From: Ignavibacteriota bacterium
GTDB lineage: Bacteria > Bacteroidota > Ignavibacteria > UBA10030
Length of the DNA stretch: 64,000 nt
Direction of reading: 5' to 3'
Assembly: GCA_963727825.1 (NCBI GenBank)
Contig: CAVSHO010000009.1
Span: 64,001 to 128,000, forward strand
Below the pieces are notes generated by a model. It searched no databases. It was not told the origin of the DNA and saw nothing but the letters and a program-made list of their open reading frames with translations. The translations under genes and the position numbers were made by a program. Positions 52,132 to 61,742 of the stretch are shown piece after piece. Each line of letters opens with the position of its first letter. Positions within the stretch are counted from its first letter, which is position 1.

Positions 52132-52685
52132 CTACACCACCCATTTAATTGAGCAACCAATAGACGGAAATTGTTCTTGCGTGAGCGGTTTTCCAGAAAC
52201 GAGATTCTCAATCGCTTCCTTGAGTTCTTCTTTCGTTACTTTCGATTCATCCTGCCAGTTGTCATCCACACGGCCGTGATAGACGAGCTTCTGTGATGCA
52301 TCAAACAAGTAAATATCAGGTGTGCATTGCGCTTTGAATTCGCGCGCCGTCTTTTGCGTGTTGTCAATCAGATAAGGAAACGGAATTTCCCATTCCTTTA
52401 TTTTTTTCTGCATCTCATCCGGTGAGTCATCTGGATAATCCGGATTGATATTAGGATTAATTGCCAGTGACATTCACGCCGTTTTTCTGCGCATAGAGTG
52501 CTAAGTCGAATAATGCGCGGCCACACCGCCTTCGCGTATGGACAGTGATTACAAGTGAATACTATGAGCAATCCTTTTTTCCCGAATGCATAATCGCTTA
52601 CCTGAATAACACCATTTGGATCTCTTAAAATAAATTTTGGCATCTTCGTGCCAAATGGTATGTCAAAGGATTCTAATCGTGCCAT
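52132..52685 (-). CDS. Thioredoxin-fold (AhpC/TSA-like) protein; two apparent +1 frameshifts near 52470-52500
   Basis: FTCNHCPY, AINPN, AQCTPD, YHGRVDD, SIGCSIKW. Confidence 0.85.
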
Positions 52686-52926
52686 TGCATATTCTCCTAT
52701 AAATCTGTGTATTACATCAATTTTAAAACCAGAAGAATCTAATAAAAGTTTCCATTATTTTCAGGCGCTTGCAATTCAAATGAAATTGGCAGACATTTGG
52801 ACGTTTATTATTGTATTTAAGCTGTCAATAATCCCTTTTTATGGGGTCATCCACAATCTGATTTTCCATATTCATTTTTAGGAAGACAGAGAAGAAAAAC
52901 AAACGAACCATAATATTGAGGTTTAA

Positions 52927-54636
52927 ATGAAGCGCGCACCAAAGTTGTATCAAGTTCCTCACATCGATTCCATTCAGGATATGTTAATCAAATCAGCAGG
53001 CAAGTATGGCGACAAACTCGCGCTCGAGGATTTGAAGGATACACCTGTTCCAAAAGTCAGCTACAATACACTATTAAAGTACGTGCTGAAATTCGGGACT
53101 GCACTGCGCGACCTCAAATTGCCGGAACGAAGCCACATTGCTGTCGTTTCTGAAAACCGTGTACAATGGTGCTTGACCTATCTTACATCAATGTGCTTTA
53201 ACTACGTTATCGTCCCAATTGATGCTAAACTGAGCACGAACGAAATTCTTAACATCATCCACGAATCAGATACCAATGTCATTGTTTTTTCTGAATCCTT
53301 CGATTCAATGCTGCGCGAAAAACAACATTCGTTGAAGCACATAAAATATTTTATAAGCATGGATTTATTAACGAAGAAAGACGGCTTTCTTTCGATGGTC
53401 GAGTTGACCAATGACAGCCATGGCTGTACTGTGGACACATTACCAAAGATAGACGCACGAGACATGGCGGTCATCATCTTTACTTCAGGCACGCTCGGTA
53501 GAGCAAAAGGTGTTATGCTTAGCCAACGGAATCTTGCTACTAATCTCATTGCTATGGTCAGTATGATGATGATCTATCCAGAAGACCGCTTCCTTTCTGT
53601 TCTCCCTATTCATCATACTTACGAATGCACATGTGGATTTCTCTGTCCACTGTACTCCGGTGCGTCAGTACACTATGCCCGTTCACTTAAAACGGTCGTG
53701 GACGACCTTCAACAAGTGAAGGCAACGATGCTTCTCAGTGTACCGCTTATGTTTGATAAAATGTTCAAACGCGTCTATCAGGCAATTCATGAAAAGCGCT
53801 TAACATCAATCATTGTACCGCCGTTGATCAAGATAACTGATGTCGCAGCACGTTTTGGGTGGAAGAGTTCCAAGAAACTTGTTTTCACTGAAATCCATAA
53901 ACGTTTCGGCGGACACATTCGTGCATTTATTGCCGGCGGCGCTGCTCCCGATCCGATGGTCGCAAAAGGACTTCGTGATCTCGGCTTTACATTTGTGCAA
54001 GGATATGGCTTAACAGAGACATCTCCTATTCTCACATTGAACCAGCTCGACAACTTCAAAGATGATGCTGCCGGGCTTCCACTACCCGGTGTTGAATTGA
54101 AAATTCATTCACCTAATGAAGATGGTGTCGGAGAAGTGTGGGCAAAAGGGGCTAATGTAATGGTAGGTTTTTATAAAAATGAAAGAGCGACGCGCGATGT
54201 ATTTGAAAACAGCTGGTTTATGACCGGCGATCTCGGCTTCATCGACGAGGATGGTTTCCTTCACATTTGCGGGCGGAAGAAGAATGTCATCATCTCACGC
54301 AGCGGGAAAAATGTTTTCCCTGAAGAAATTGAAGACATCCTCCAGCGGAGTCCCTACATTCTTGAGTGCCTTGTTTACGGTGAAGATGATCCGAAGTTAG
54401 ATGAAATTATTTCGGCACAAATTGTGGTGGATGCAGAAGCGTTCATAGAGTTATCCGAGGCACGCGGCATACCGATCACTCCGGAACTAATAAACGACGT
54501 AATCGCAGGCGAAGTAAAAAGGGCAAATGCCGAACTGACCAGCTTTAAACAGATTAAAAAGTTTACAATCCGTGAATTAGAATTTGAGAAAACGACTACA
54601 CAAAAAATCAAAAGATATTTAGCACTGCCTAAATAG
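52927..54636 (+). CDS. Long-chain acyl-CoA synthetase (AMP-binding)
   Basis: IIFTSGTLGRAKGV, QGYGLTET, TGDLG, GRKKN, GKNVFPEEIE. Confidence 0.9.
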   Translation: MKRAPKLYQVPHIDSIQDMLIKSAGKYGDKLALEDLKDTPVPKVSYNTLLKYVLKFGTALRDLKLPERSHIAVVSENRVQWCLTYLTSMCFNYVIVPIDAKLSTNEILNIIHESDTNVIVFSESFDSMLREKQHSLKHIKYFISMDLLTKKDGFLSMVELTNDSHGCTVDTLPKIDARDMAVIIFTSGTLGRAKGVMLSQRNLATNLIAMVSMMMIYPEDRFLSVLPIHHTYECTCGFLCPLYSGASVHYARSLKTVVDDLQQVKATMLLSVPLMFDKMFKRVYQAIHEKRLTSIIVPPLIKITDVAARFGWKSSKKLVFTEIHKRFGGHIRAFIAGGAAPDPMVAKGLRDLGFTFVQGYGLTETSPILTLNQLDNFKDDAAGLPLPGVELKIHSPNEDGVGEVWAKGANVMVGFYKNERATRDVFENSWFMTGDLGFIDEDGFLHICGRKKNVIISRSGKNVFPEEIEDILQRSPYILECLVYGEDDPKLDEIISAQIVVDAEAFIELSEARGIPITPELINDVIAGEVKRANAELTSFKQIKKFTIRELEFEKTTTQKIKRYLALPK

Positions 54637-54668
54637 AGCCGGTTAGTTGTGAATTTGATATTGAATAG

Positions 54669-55829
54669 ATGAATGCTGTTCCCAAGAAATACATTGCCCA
54701 TCTCGACCTCGATTGTTTTTTCGTCTCCGTGGAGCGAATCAAGAATCCAGAACTTATTAGAAAACCTGTTATTGTCGGTGGCAGTGCAACCGAACGAGGT
54801 GTAGTAGCATCGGCTTCATACGAAGCGCGAAAGTTTGGCATTCATTCCGCCATGCCCACGGCACGGGCGCAGCGACTTTGTCCCAACCTTATCGTAGTAC
54901 ACGGTAGCCACAGCGAATATGGGCGCATCTCGAAGAAACTCTATGAACGAATGTGCGAACTCGCGCCTGTAGTTGAGCGCGCCTCCATTGATGAAATGAA
55001 TATGGATTTCACTGGATGCGAAAATCTCTACCATAACGACCTGCCTGGTTTTATGAGGACGATTCAGAAACTTGTATTAAATGAATTCAAGCTTCCATGT
55101 ACAATAGGACTTGCCTCTAATAAAACAATCGCAAAAATTGCGGTAAACCAGGCAAAACCAGCCGGAATTGTTTTCGTCCCCCATGGAACAGAAGCTGCAT
55201 ATCTTGCACCTCTGGATATCAGCGTCATTCCCGGTGTCGGCAAGAAAACAGAAGAATATTTGCGGGAAAAGGGATTTCATAAAGTTTCTGATATCCAACA
55301 AAGAACGGAAAAGGAAATCTTGGACATTTTAGGCAAGCATGGATTATGGATATACAATGTGGCACTCGGACGCGGTTCCGATGTGATCGGCGATGAATGG
55401 GATGCAAAGAGTATCTCGCGCGAAGAGACATTCGCTAAAGACATTGCCGATAGAAAAGAACTGGAGAAAGTTATATTTGAATTAACCGAAGATATCTGTC
55501 AGCAGCTCCGCGAACACGAATGGAAAACACGTACGGTGACATTAAAACTTCGATATTCTGATTTTAAAACCATCACGCATGCAGAAAGTATCGAACCTAC
55601 AAATGACGAAACGATTGTAGCGCAAACTGCGCGTTCGCTGCTTCATTCCGCTTACACACGCAAGCTCCCGATTCGATTAATTGGAGTGCGGCTTACTAAT
55701 TTCGACGAGGAAGAGCAGATGGAATTACCTCTCTTCCCTTCTGAAAAAAAGAAGCAAAATATTCTTCGCATAGTAGATACTTTACGAAAGAAGTTTGGAG
55801 ATGATGTGATTCATGTGGGTGGAGGATAA
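54669..55829 (+). CDS. dinB: DNA polymerase IV
   Basis: HLDLDCFFVSVE, SASYEARKFG, ASIDE, AKPAG, IPGVG, LKLRY. Confidence 0.94.
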   Translation: MNAVPKKYIAHLDLDCFFVSVERIKNPELIRKPVIVGGSATERGVVASASYEARKFGIHSAMPTARAQRLCPNLIVVHGSHSEYGRISKKLYERMCELAPVVERASIDEMNMDFTGCENLYHNDLPGFMRTIQKLVLNEFKLPCTIGLASNKTIAKIAVNQAKPAGIVFVPHGTEAAYLAPLDISVIPGVGKKTEEYLREKGFHKVSDIQQRTEKEILDILGKHGLWIYNVALGRGSDVIGDEWDAKSISREETFAKDIADRKELEKVIFELTEDICQQLREHEWKTRTVTLKLRYSDFKTITHAESIEPTNDETIVAQTARSLLHSAYTRKLPIRLIGVRLTNFDEEEQMELPLFPSEKKKQNILRIVDTLRKKFGDDVIHVGGG

Positions 55830-55831
55830 AC

Positions 55832-55905
55832 TCCTACGCACCTAAGAGGTGCGTAGGATGTACAGATAATTATCTCCGATGCACTTTTGAAGTGGATCGG
55901 AGATA
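55832..55905. repeat. Two REP hairpins upstream of the RAYT
   Basis: TCCTACGCACCT-AAG-AGGTGCGTAGGA and TATCTCCGATGCACTT-TTG-AAGTGGATCGGAGATA. Confidence 0.8.
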
Positions 55906-55927
55906 GAAACGTTCGGGGAGAATTCCA

Positions 55928-56506
55928 ATGGCACAAAGATTAGTGAAGTTCGATCAGGGAGAGTACTATCACATCTACAATCGGGGATGTGGGCGAGAAA
56001 ACATCTTCCGAGAATCAGAGAATTATTCCTACCTGCTTCGACTTTTTCAAAAGAAACTGCCACAGTTCCAAGTAACGTCTATAGCATATTGTTTAATGCC
56101 TAATCACTATCATTTCATCCTTCGACAAGATAGCGAAATCTCAATTGGTAACTTCATCCAGAGCATTTTCAATAGTTACAGCAAAGCATTCAACAAGCGA
56201 TATAAAAGGAGCGGGACACTTTTTGAAGGTCCTTTTCAAGCCAAACATATCAATGAGCAAGAGTATTTGATTCATCTTTGTAGGTACATCCATCGAAATC
56301 CTGTCGATGCAGAATTTGTAAAGTCTCCTGAAGAATGGCCGTTTTCTGATTATTGCAATTGGATAGGAACGAAAAAGAGTTCATTCATAGATAAGGATTT
56401 TATTGAGAACATCTTTTATTCTGCAAAGGAATACGAAACTTTCGTTAAAGAATTTGTACCACCATCTAAAGTCAAAGATGGACTAAATTCATTTTTCCTC
56501 GACTGA
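55928..56506 (+). mobile_element. REP-associated tyrosine transposase (RAYT, Y1 HUH family)
   Basis: YYHIYNRG, AYCLMPNHYHF (HUH), FNKRY.RSGTLF, RYIHRNP, WPFS. Confidence 0.88.
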
Positions 56507-56507
56507 C

Positions 56508-56542
56508 TACCTCCGACGCACCTTAAAGGTGCGTCGGAGGTA
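56508..56542. repeat. REP hairpin downstream of the RAYT
   Basis: TACCTCCGACGCACCT-TAA-AGGTGCGTCGGAGGTA, same family as 55832. Confidence 0.82.
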
Positions 56543-56565
56543 AGAAATCAGTATCTTAGTATTAT

Positions 56566-57444
56566 ATGGCACGATTCAAACTTATAATCGAATACGAAGG
56601 CACTCGTTTCAGCGGCTGGCAGGTACAGAAAAACGCTCGCACAGTGCAGGGTGAAATCAACGATGCAATCGGCAAAGTTTTCGGTACTCATGGATTTGAG
56701 TTTTATGGTTCAGGTCGCACAGATGCCGGCGTTCACGCGTTGCAGCAAGCAGCGCATCTCGATATCAAAACAGTATTAGCACCGGAAATCATTCGGATGA
56801 AATTGAACGACGAACTTCCTGCCGATATTAATATTATCGAAGTTGAAAAAGCCAGCGATGAATTTCATGCGCGGCACGATGCAATGGCGCGAAGCTATCT
56901 GTACCAAATTTCGCGGCGGCGGACAGCATTCGGTAAAAGATTTGTCTGGTGGATTAAAGACCCGCTCGATATCGTGAAAATGCGCCAAACGGCAGAAATG
57001 TTTGTCGGGCTTAAAGATTTTCAGTCTTTCACCGCTGACGATCCTGAAGAAAAATCTACAAAAGTACATGTCAATTCGATTGATATCCAGCAAGCTGGAG
57101 ATTTAATTCTCATTCGCATTGTTGGATCGCATTTCATCTGGAAAATGGTTCGGCAGATTATCGGTGTGCTGGCAGAAGTCGGACGCGGAAAAATGCCATT
57201 GAACGACGTTAAGAAATTTATTCACACAAAATCCGATGAACCTGCAAAACTAACCGCACCACCATCTGGTTTATTCCTCGAACGTGTCTATTATAAAGGC
57301 GACATTTGGCTGAAGGACATGAAGCCGATGATGGAAATTGGTTCGAGGATTCCTGCAAAGTTTGTTAAGAAACACGAAGAATCCGGTGACAAACCGAACG
57401 AAGACAAACAAAACGACAATAGAAAGAAAACGCACGAAGGATAA
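56566..57444 (+). CDS. truA: tRNA pseudouridine(38-40) synthase
   Basis: YEGTRFSGWQ, GSGRTDAGVHA, FHARHDA, FIWKMVR, TAPPSGLFL. Confidence 0.93.
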   Translation: MARFKLIIEYEGTRFSGWQVQKNARTVQGEINDAIGKVFGTHGFEFYGSGRTDAGVHALQQAAHLDIKTVLAPEIIRMKLNDELPADINIIEVEKASDEFHARHDAMARSYLYQISRRRTAFGKRFVWWIKDPLDIVKMRQTAEMFVGLKDFQSFTADDPEEKSTKVHVNSIDIQQAGDLILIRIVGSHFIWKMVRQIIGVLAEVGRGKMPLNDVKKFIHTKSDEPAKLTAPPSGLFLERVYYKGDIWLKDMKPMMEIGSRIPAKFVKKHEESGDKPNEDKQNDNRKKTHEG

Positions 57445-57595
57445 TACTCCTCTCTTCTGTGATTTCTCCTGCCCACATGCAAAGTTCACACAGCCCGACA
57501 CCAGTGGTGCTTGCAGACGAGACCTCGCAGTCTATTGTACGTTTTATAAAAGTCACAACAACAAGAATTCCATTTGTATCGGAAGGAAGCAATGA
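57386..57595 (+). CDS. Small Cys-rich hypothetical protein
   Basis: GTG at 57386 overlapping the truA tail; FCDFSC...GACRR...YC...SIC. Confidence 0.45.
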   Translation: MTNRTKTNKTTIERKRTKDNTPLFCDFSCPHAKFTQPDTSGACRRDLAVYCTFYKSHNNKNSICIGRKQ

Positions 57596-57647
57596 AATGA
57601 CAATAGTTCCTCATTTTTGTAATCGTACTTTGCGACAGGAGCAACGT

Positions 57648-58214
57648 ATGACCAAAATCTGGATTTTGATCATTGCATTAATTCTATTATGCGGGCAAGC
57701 GGTTGCACAGCAATCCAAATCAAAACCTGATTGGTCTGCTTTTCAATTTCTTATTGGGAAATGGGCTGGCGAAGGCGGCGGCGATCCAGGGCAAGGAAAC
57801 GGTATCTTCACTTTCTCACTTGATCTTCAAGATCACATTATCATACGTCGAAACCAATCCGATTATCCTGAAACAAAGACACACACACCTTTTTCTCACA
57901 ATGATTTGATGGTGATCTACCACCAAACAATCGGGCAGTCGGCACAGGCAATATACTTTGACAATGAAGATCATACTATCCGATACAACATCAAAATTTC
58001 TGAGAATGGGAAATCAATAGCTTTTATCAGCGATTCATTACCGGGACAACCGCTATATCAATTATCGTACACTTCGCTTTCAGATGATTCGCTGCTTATT
58101 ACATTCGAGATTGCTCCTCCTGGCAAACCAAATGATTTCTCCAAATATCTCGAGGGGAAAGCGCATAAAATAAAATCGAATCCGGCACTTCATTTGGAAA
58201 AGGAAATAAAATGA
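57648..58214 (+). CDS. Secreted hypothetical protein, probably beta-barrel
   Basis: AGGAG RBS, signal peptide MTKIWILIIALILLCGQAVA; FLIGKWAGEG, YFDNE. Confidence 0.7.
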   Translation: MTKIWILIIALILLCGQAVAQQSKSKPDWSAFQFLIGKWAGEGGGDPGQGNGIFTFSLDLQDHIIIRRNQSDYPETKTHTPFSHNDLMVIYHQTIGQSAQAIYFDNEDHTIRYNIKISENGKSIAFISDSLPGQPLYQLSYTSLSDDSLLITFEIAPPGKPNDFSKYLEGKAHKIKSNPALHLEKEIK

Positions 58215-59455
58215 CCTCCCTGGAACTGGCAACTGCTCTCAATGATATTGCCGAGCCATATGTAAAGCTCGTTCTCGCCGTCGGACAGCATGATCCGGAC
58301 TATGTAGATGCATACTATGGTCCGCCGGAATGGCAGGCAGAAGCAAAAGCTGAGAAGCAATCGTTGGATACAATCCTGAAAATTGCGATTCCATTTAAAA
58401 CCAAATTAGATAAACTCCAAAGCAAACGTGCAGAAGATATTCTTCAACTTCGTCATCAATATCTCCGAAAGCAGCTCTCGTCGCTCATTGCTCGTGTTGA
58501 GGTGTTAGGCGGGAAGAAATTATCTTTCGATGAAGAAGCTAAAGCATACTATGATGTCGAACCACCGATATTCGAGGAAGAATATTTTAAAAAACTCGTC
58601 TCTGAATTGGAAACTATTGTACCGGGCAAAGGACCGATTCCAGAACGCCTTGAAAATTATCGCAGACAATTCACTATTACTCCAGACAAGTTAGATAAAG
58701 TATTTAGCGCCGCAATTTTTGAATGCCGCCAACGAACAAAGAAATATATCATTCTACCGGAGAACGAAAAATTCCGATTGGAATATGTGCACAATAAAGC
58801 GTGGAGCGGTTATAATTGGTATAAAGGGAATAACGAAAGTCTGATTCAGATTAACACAGATTTGCCGATTTTTATGGAACGCGCCGTTGATCTTGCTGCG
58901 CACGAGGGATATCCTGGGCATCATGTATACAATTGCCTATTAGAGACGGCATTTGCGCGCAAATTTGGCTGGATAGAATTCACTGTGTATCCTCTTTTTA
59001 GTTCGCAGTCGTTGATAGCAGAAGGAACCGCCAATTTTGGTATTGAAGTTGCTTTTCCGGGAAAAGAACGAATGGAATTTGAACGCGATATCCTTTTCTC
59101 TCTTGCTGGATTAGATAAAAGTCAGGCGGAAAGGTATTCCAAGGTACAGGAGCTTGCCGCAAAACTCAGTTATGCCGGTAATGAAGCCGCGCGTCACTAT
59201 CTCAATGGCGAAATCTCGCGCGACGATGCTGCTCAATGGCTCGTTCAATATGCGCTTATGTCACCGGAACGCGCTCAGCAGCGCACACGATTTTTTGACC
59301 AGTACCGCAGTTATGTCATCAATTATAATCTCGGTTTGGATTTGGTGCGGCAATACATCGTACGACGCGGCGGCACAGAAAAGAATCCTGCAAAGCGGTG
59401 GGAAGAATTTACACGGCTCCTTGCATCACCACGTTTGCCTTCGGGATTACTCTAA
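58211..59455 (+). CDS. DUF885-like putative metallopeptidase
   Basis: AAHEGYPGHH, AEGTA, YVINY motifs. Confidence 0.65.
   Translation: MTSLELATALNDIAEPYVKLVLAVGQHDPDYVDAYYGPPEWQAEAKAEKQSLDTILKIAIPFKTKLDKLQSKRAEDILQLRHQYLRKQLSSLIARVEVLGGKKLSFDEEAKAYYDVEPPIFEEEYFKKLVSELETIVPGKGPIPERLENYRRQFTITPDKLDKVFSAAIFECRQRTKKYIILPENEKFRLEYVHNKAWSGYNWYKGNNESLIQINTDLPIFMERAVDLAAHEGYPGHHVYNCLLETAFARKFGWIEFTVYPLFSSQSLIAEGTANFGIEVAFPGKERMEFERDILFSLAGLDKSQAERYSKVQELAAKLSYAGNEAARHYLNGEISRDDAAQWLVQYALMSPERAQQRTRFFDQYRSYVINYNLGLDLVRQYIVRRGGTEKNPAKRWEEFTRLLASPRLPSGLL
59371..59446 (+). repeat. 76-bp direct repeat, copy 1 (3' end of the DUF885-like gene)
   Basis: Identical to 60356-60431. Confidence 0.92.
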
Positions 59456-59572
59456 ATTTCGACTATCTACAATTCTCGCGGTTCTTACAAATTACTAAGA
59501 AGATCAAATAATTCATCTCTTTCACATTGTATTTAAGTAATAACTAATTATTAATGTATTACTATTATTCGC

Positions 59573-59601
59573 TTGACTTACAAATTAAATTGTGTTATAT
59601 T
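59573..59601 (+). promoter_or_regulatory. sigma70 promoter of the toxin-antitoxin operon
   Basis: TTGACT-N17-TATATT. Confidence 0.6.
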
Positions 59602-59652
59602 ATGTTCAGATAGTGTGGATAATATTTATATGTCCAACAGTTAGGAGAAGGT

Positions 59653-59883
59653 ATGGAAACATCAATAGTAACAACAAAAGGACAAGTCGTAATTCCTTCA
59701 AAACTAAGGAATAGGTATAAGATAAAAAATGGAACACGCATTCACTTCCTTGATAGAGGTGGTGAAATTGTTTTGGTACCATTAACCCCAGAACTGATTG
59801 ATTCAAACATCGGTTTTCTCGGAACTAAGGGTAAGCTTAAAAGAACGTTGATTGAAGAAAAAAATAGGGAGCGTGAATTATGA
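59653..59883 (+). CDS. AbrB/MazE-type antitoxin (VapB-like)
   Basis: VTTKGQVVIPSKLR; 4-bp overlap with the PIN gene. Confidence 0.85.
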   Translation: METSIVTTKGQVVIPSKLRNRYKIKNGTRIHFLDRGGEIVLVPLTPELIDSNIGFLGTKGKLKRTLIEEKNREREL

Positions 59884-60278
59884 AACGATATGTATTCGAC
59901 AGTTACGCTCTCTTAGCATACGCTGAAGGCGAAGAAGGCAGCAAGGCCGTTGCCGACATTTTTAAGAAAGCACTTGCTGATCAAGCAGAGGTCTTTCTTT
60001 GCTGGGTAAATTGGGGAGAAATGTATTACATAGCTCTTAGAGAAGGAGGCATAGAACGTGCTGAGCTTTATTCAAATACATTTTCACGCTATCCACTCGA
60101 ATTAATCGAAGCAAACAAGGAACTAACTTTACAGGCTGCTCAATTGAAAGCATTTAAGAAAATTTCATACGCTGATGCATTTGCCGCAGCAACCGCAATT
60201 CAAAAAAAAGCAGAACTTGTTACAGGTGATAAAGAATTCAAACAACTTGAAGCTCAGGTTAAGATATTTTGGATTTAA
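59880..60278 (+). CDS. vapC: PIN-domain toxin (VapC-like)
   Basis: YVFDSYALL, NWGEM, SYADAF, LVTGDKEF acidic tetrad. Confidence 0.88.
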   Translation: MKRYVFDSYALLAYAEGEEGSKAVADIFKKALADQAEVFLCWVNWGEMYYIALREGGIERAELYSNTFSRYPLELIEANKELTLQAAQLKAFKKISYADAFAAATAIQKKAELVTGDKEFKQLEAQVKIFWI

Positions 60279-60355
60279 AGACATATGAGAAAAAAATCAC
60301 GGATTGAATTGAATAATCTGGAAATTGTAACAATTGTTTTATTTTAAGCTGATAA

Positions 60356-60431
60356 CGGCACAGAAAAGAATCCTGCAAAGCGGTGGGAAGAATTTACACG
60401 GCTCCTTGCATCACCACGTTTGCCTTCGGGA
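60356..60431 (+). repeat. 76-bp direct repeat, copy 2
   Basis: Identical to 59371-59446; followed by CTAATATAA and then the methyltransferase ATG. Confidence 0.92.
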
Positions 60432-60440
60432 CTAATATAA

Positions 60441-61679
60441 ATGTCACCGGTAAAGTCAAAAATACCAAAAGGAGATCGTCCTTACCTTGAAAGGTTATTG
60501 GATGAAGTCCGTTATCGACTCACGACGGTAGAAGATATCGATGTTGCCGGACAATCCTTCCCGCGCTTCATTGGTGAGTTCTGGACATCCCAGCAACGGC
60601 AAGCATTGTCATTGCACGAGGTTTCATATCGTGCTTGTTTTAAACCGCAGCTTCCACGATTCTTCATCGAATACTTGACGAATGAAGGCGACACCGTGTA
60701 CGATCCATTTAGCGGACGCGGAACAACGTCATTAGAAGCAGGATTACTACGCAGAAAAGTTATTGCGAACGATGCAAATCCTCTAAGCGCACTTCTGTGC
60801 AAACCACGCTTCTTCCCTCCCTTGCTTGAAGAATTGATAAAACGCTTAGACAGCATTCCTATCAAAGAAGCAGCAGAAGCTGATATCGACCTTTCGATGT
60901 TCTATCATCCAAAGACAGAAACGGAAATTGTTTCTTTGAAAGAATATTTAGATGATCGTCATGAGAGCGGAAAAGAAGATAACATTGACAGATGGATTCG
61001 CATGGTCGCCACCAATCGGTTGACCGGACATTCGAAAGGATTCTTTTCTGTATATACTCTGCCTCCGAATCAAGCAGTAAGCGCAGATAGCCAACGGAGA
61101 ATCAATATAAAAATGCAGCAGGAACCGGAACACCGCGACACGCGCGTTATCATTTTCAAGAAATCAAAAACACTACTTAAAGACGTTACAATGTTTGACC
61201 GGCAAAACCTTCAGTGCGCCGGCGAAACCGCCCGCTTCCTCACATCCGATGCGAGAGAGACAAAATCAATAGCGCCCAATTCCATTCAGCTTACCGTCAC
61301 TTCACCCCCATTTCTTGACATTGTTGACTATGTGCAGGACAACTGGCTGCGATGCTGGTTCAACAGCCTTGATGCAGCAGATGCCGCCAAGACAATAACA
61401 ATGTCGCGGTCATTAGAAGAATGGTCGGCAGTCATGTTTGGGACTTTTCGTGAACTGTATCGTGTCACCAAACCGCGCGGATTCGTGGCGTTTGAAGTGG
61501 GTGAAGTACGAAATAATAAAGTACAATTAGATGAACATGTGGTACCGCTTGGCATCAAAGCGGGGTTTACATGTGTAGGCATCATTAAAAATGAAAATTT
61601 TAGCATATTTACCACTACAAAACAAAAAGCAGAAAACTTAGATTTGGCAAAAGACATTATTGTGATTTTTAGAAAATAG
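60441..61679 (+). CDS. Amino (N4/N6) DNA methyltransferase-like protein, no restriction gene seen alongside
   Basis: VYDPFSGRGTT (motif I) precedes VTSPPF (motif IV); ELYRVTKP. Confidence 0.8.
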   Translation: MSPVKSKIPKGDRPYLERLLDEVRYRLTTVEDIDVAGQSFPRFIGEFWTSQQRQALSLHEVSYRACFKPQLPRFFIEYLTNEGDTVYDPFSGRGTTSLEAGLLRRKVIANDANPLSALLCKPRFFPPLLEELIKRLDSIPIKEAAEADIDLSMFYHPKTETEIVSLKEYLDDRHESGKEDNIDRWIRMVATNRLTGHSKGFFSVYTLPPNQAVSADSQRRINIKMQQEPEHRDTRVIIFKKSKTLLKDVTMFDRQNLQCAGETARFLTSDARETKSIAPNSIQLTVTSPPFLDIVDYVQDNWLRCWFNSLDAADAAKTITMSRSLEEWSAVMFGTFRELYRVTKPRGFVAFEVGEVRNNKVQLDEHVVPLGIKAGFTCVGIIKNENFSIFTTTKQKAENLDLAKDIIVIFRK

Positions 61680-61742
61680 CACTGTACAAATTCAATTCCT
61701 TTTAGTATATTTCTTTTAAGTAATTTGAAAGGTTGAGGCAAT

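Noticed and set aside
55832-56542. CRISPR array
   Set aside because: Only three diverged hairpins flank a transposase, with no regular repeat-spacer period and no cas genes. None was seen elsewhere in the window.
57459-57647. N-terminal extension of the 251-aa ORF
   Set aside because: An AGGAG RBS and a signal peptide point to the ATG at 57648 as the real start.
60441-61679. Complete restriction-modification system
   Set aside because: No intact endonuclease gene is adjacent; only fragments follow.
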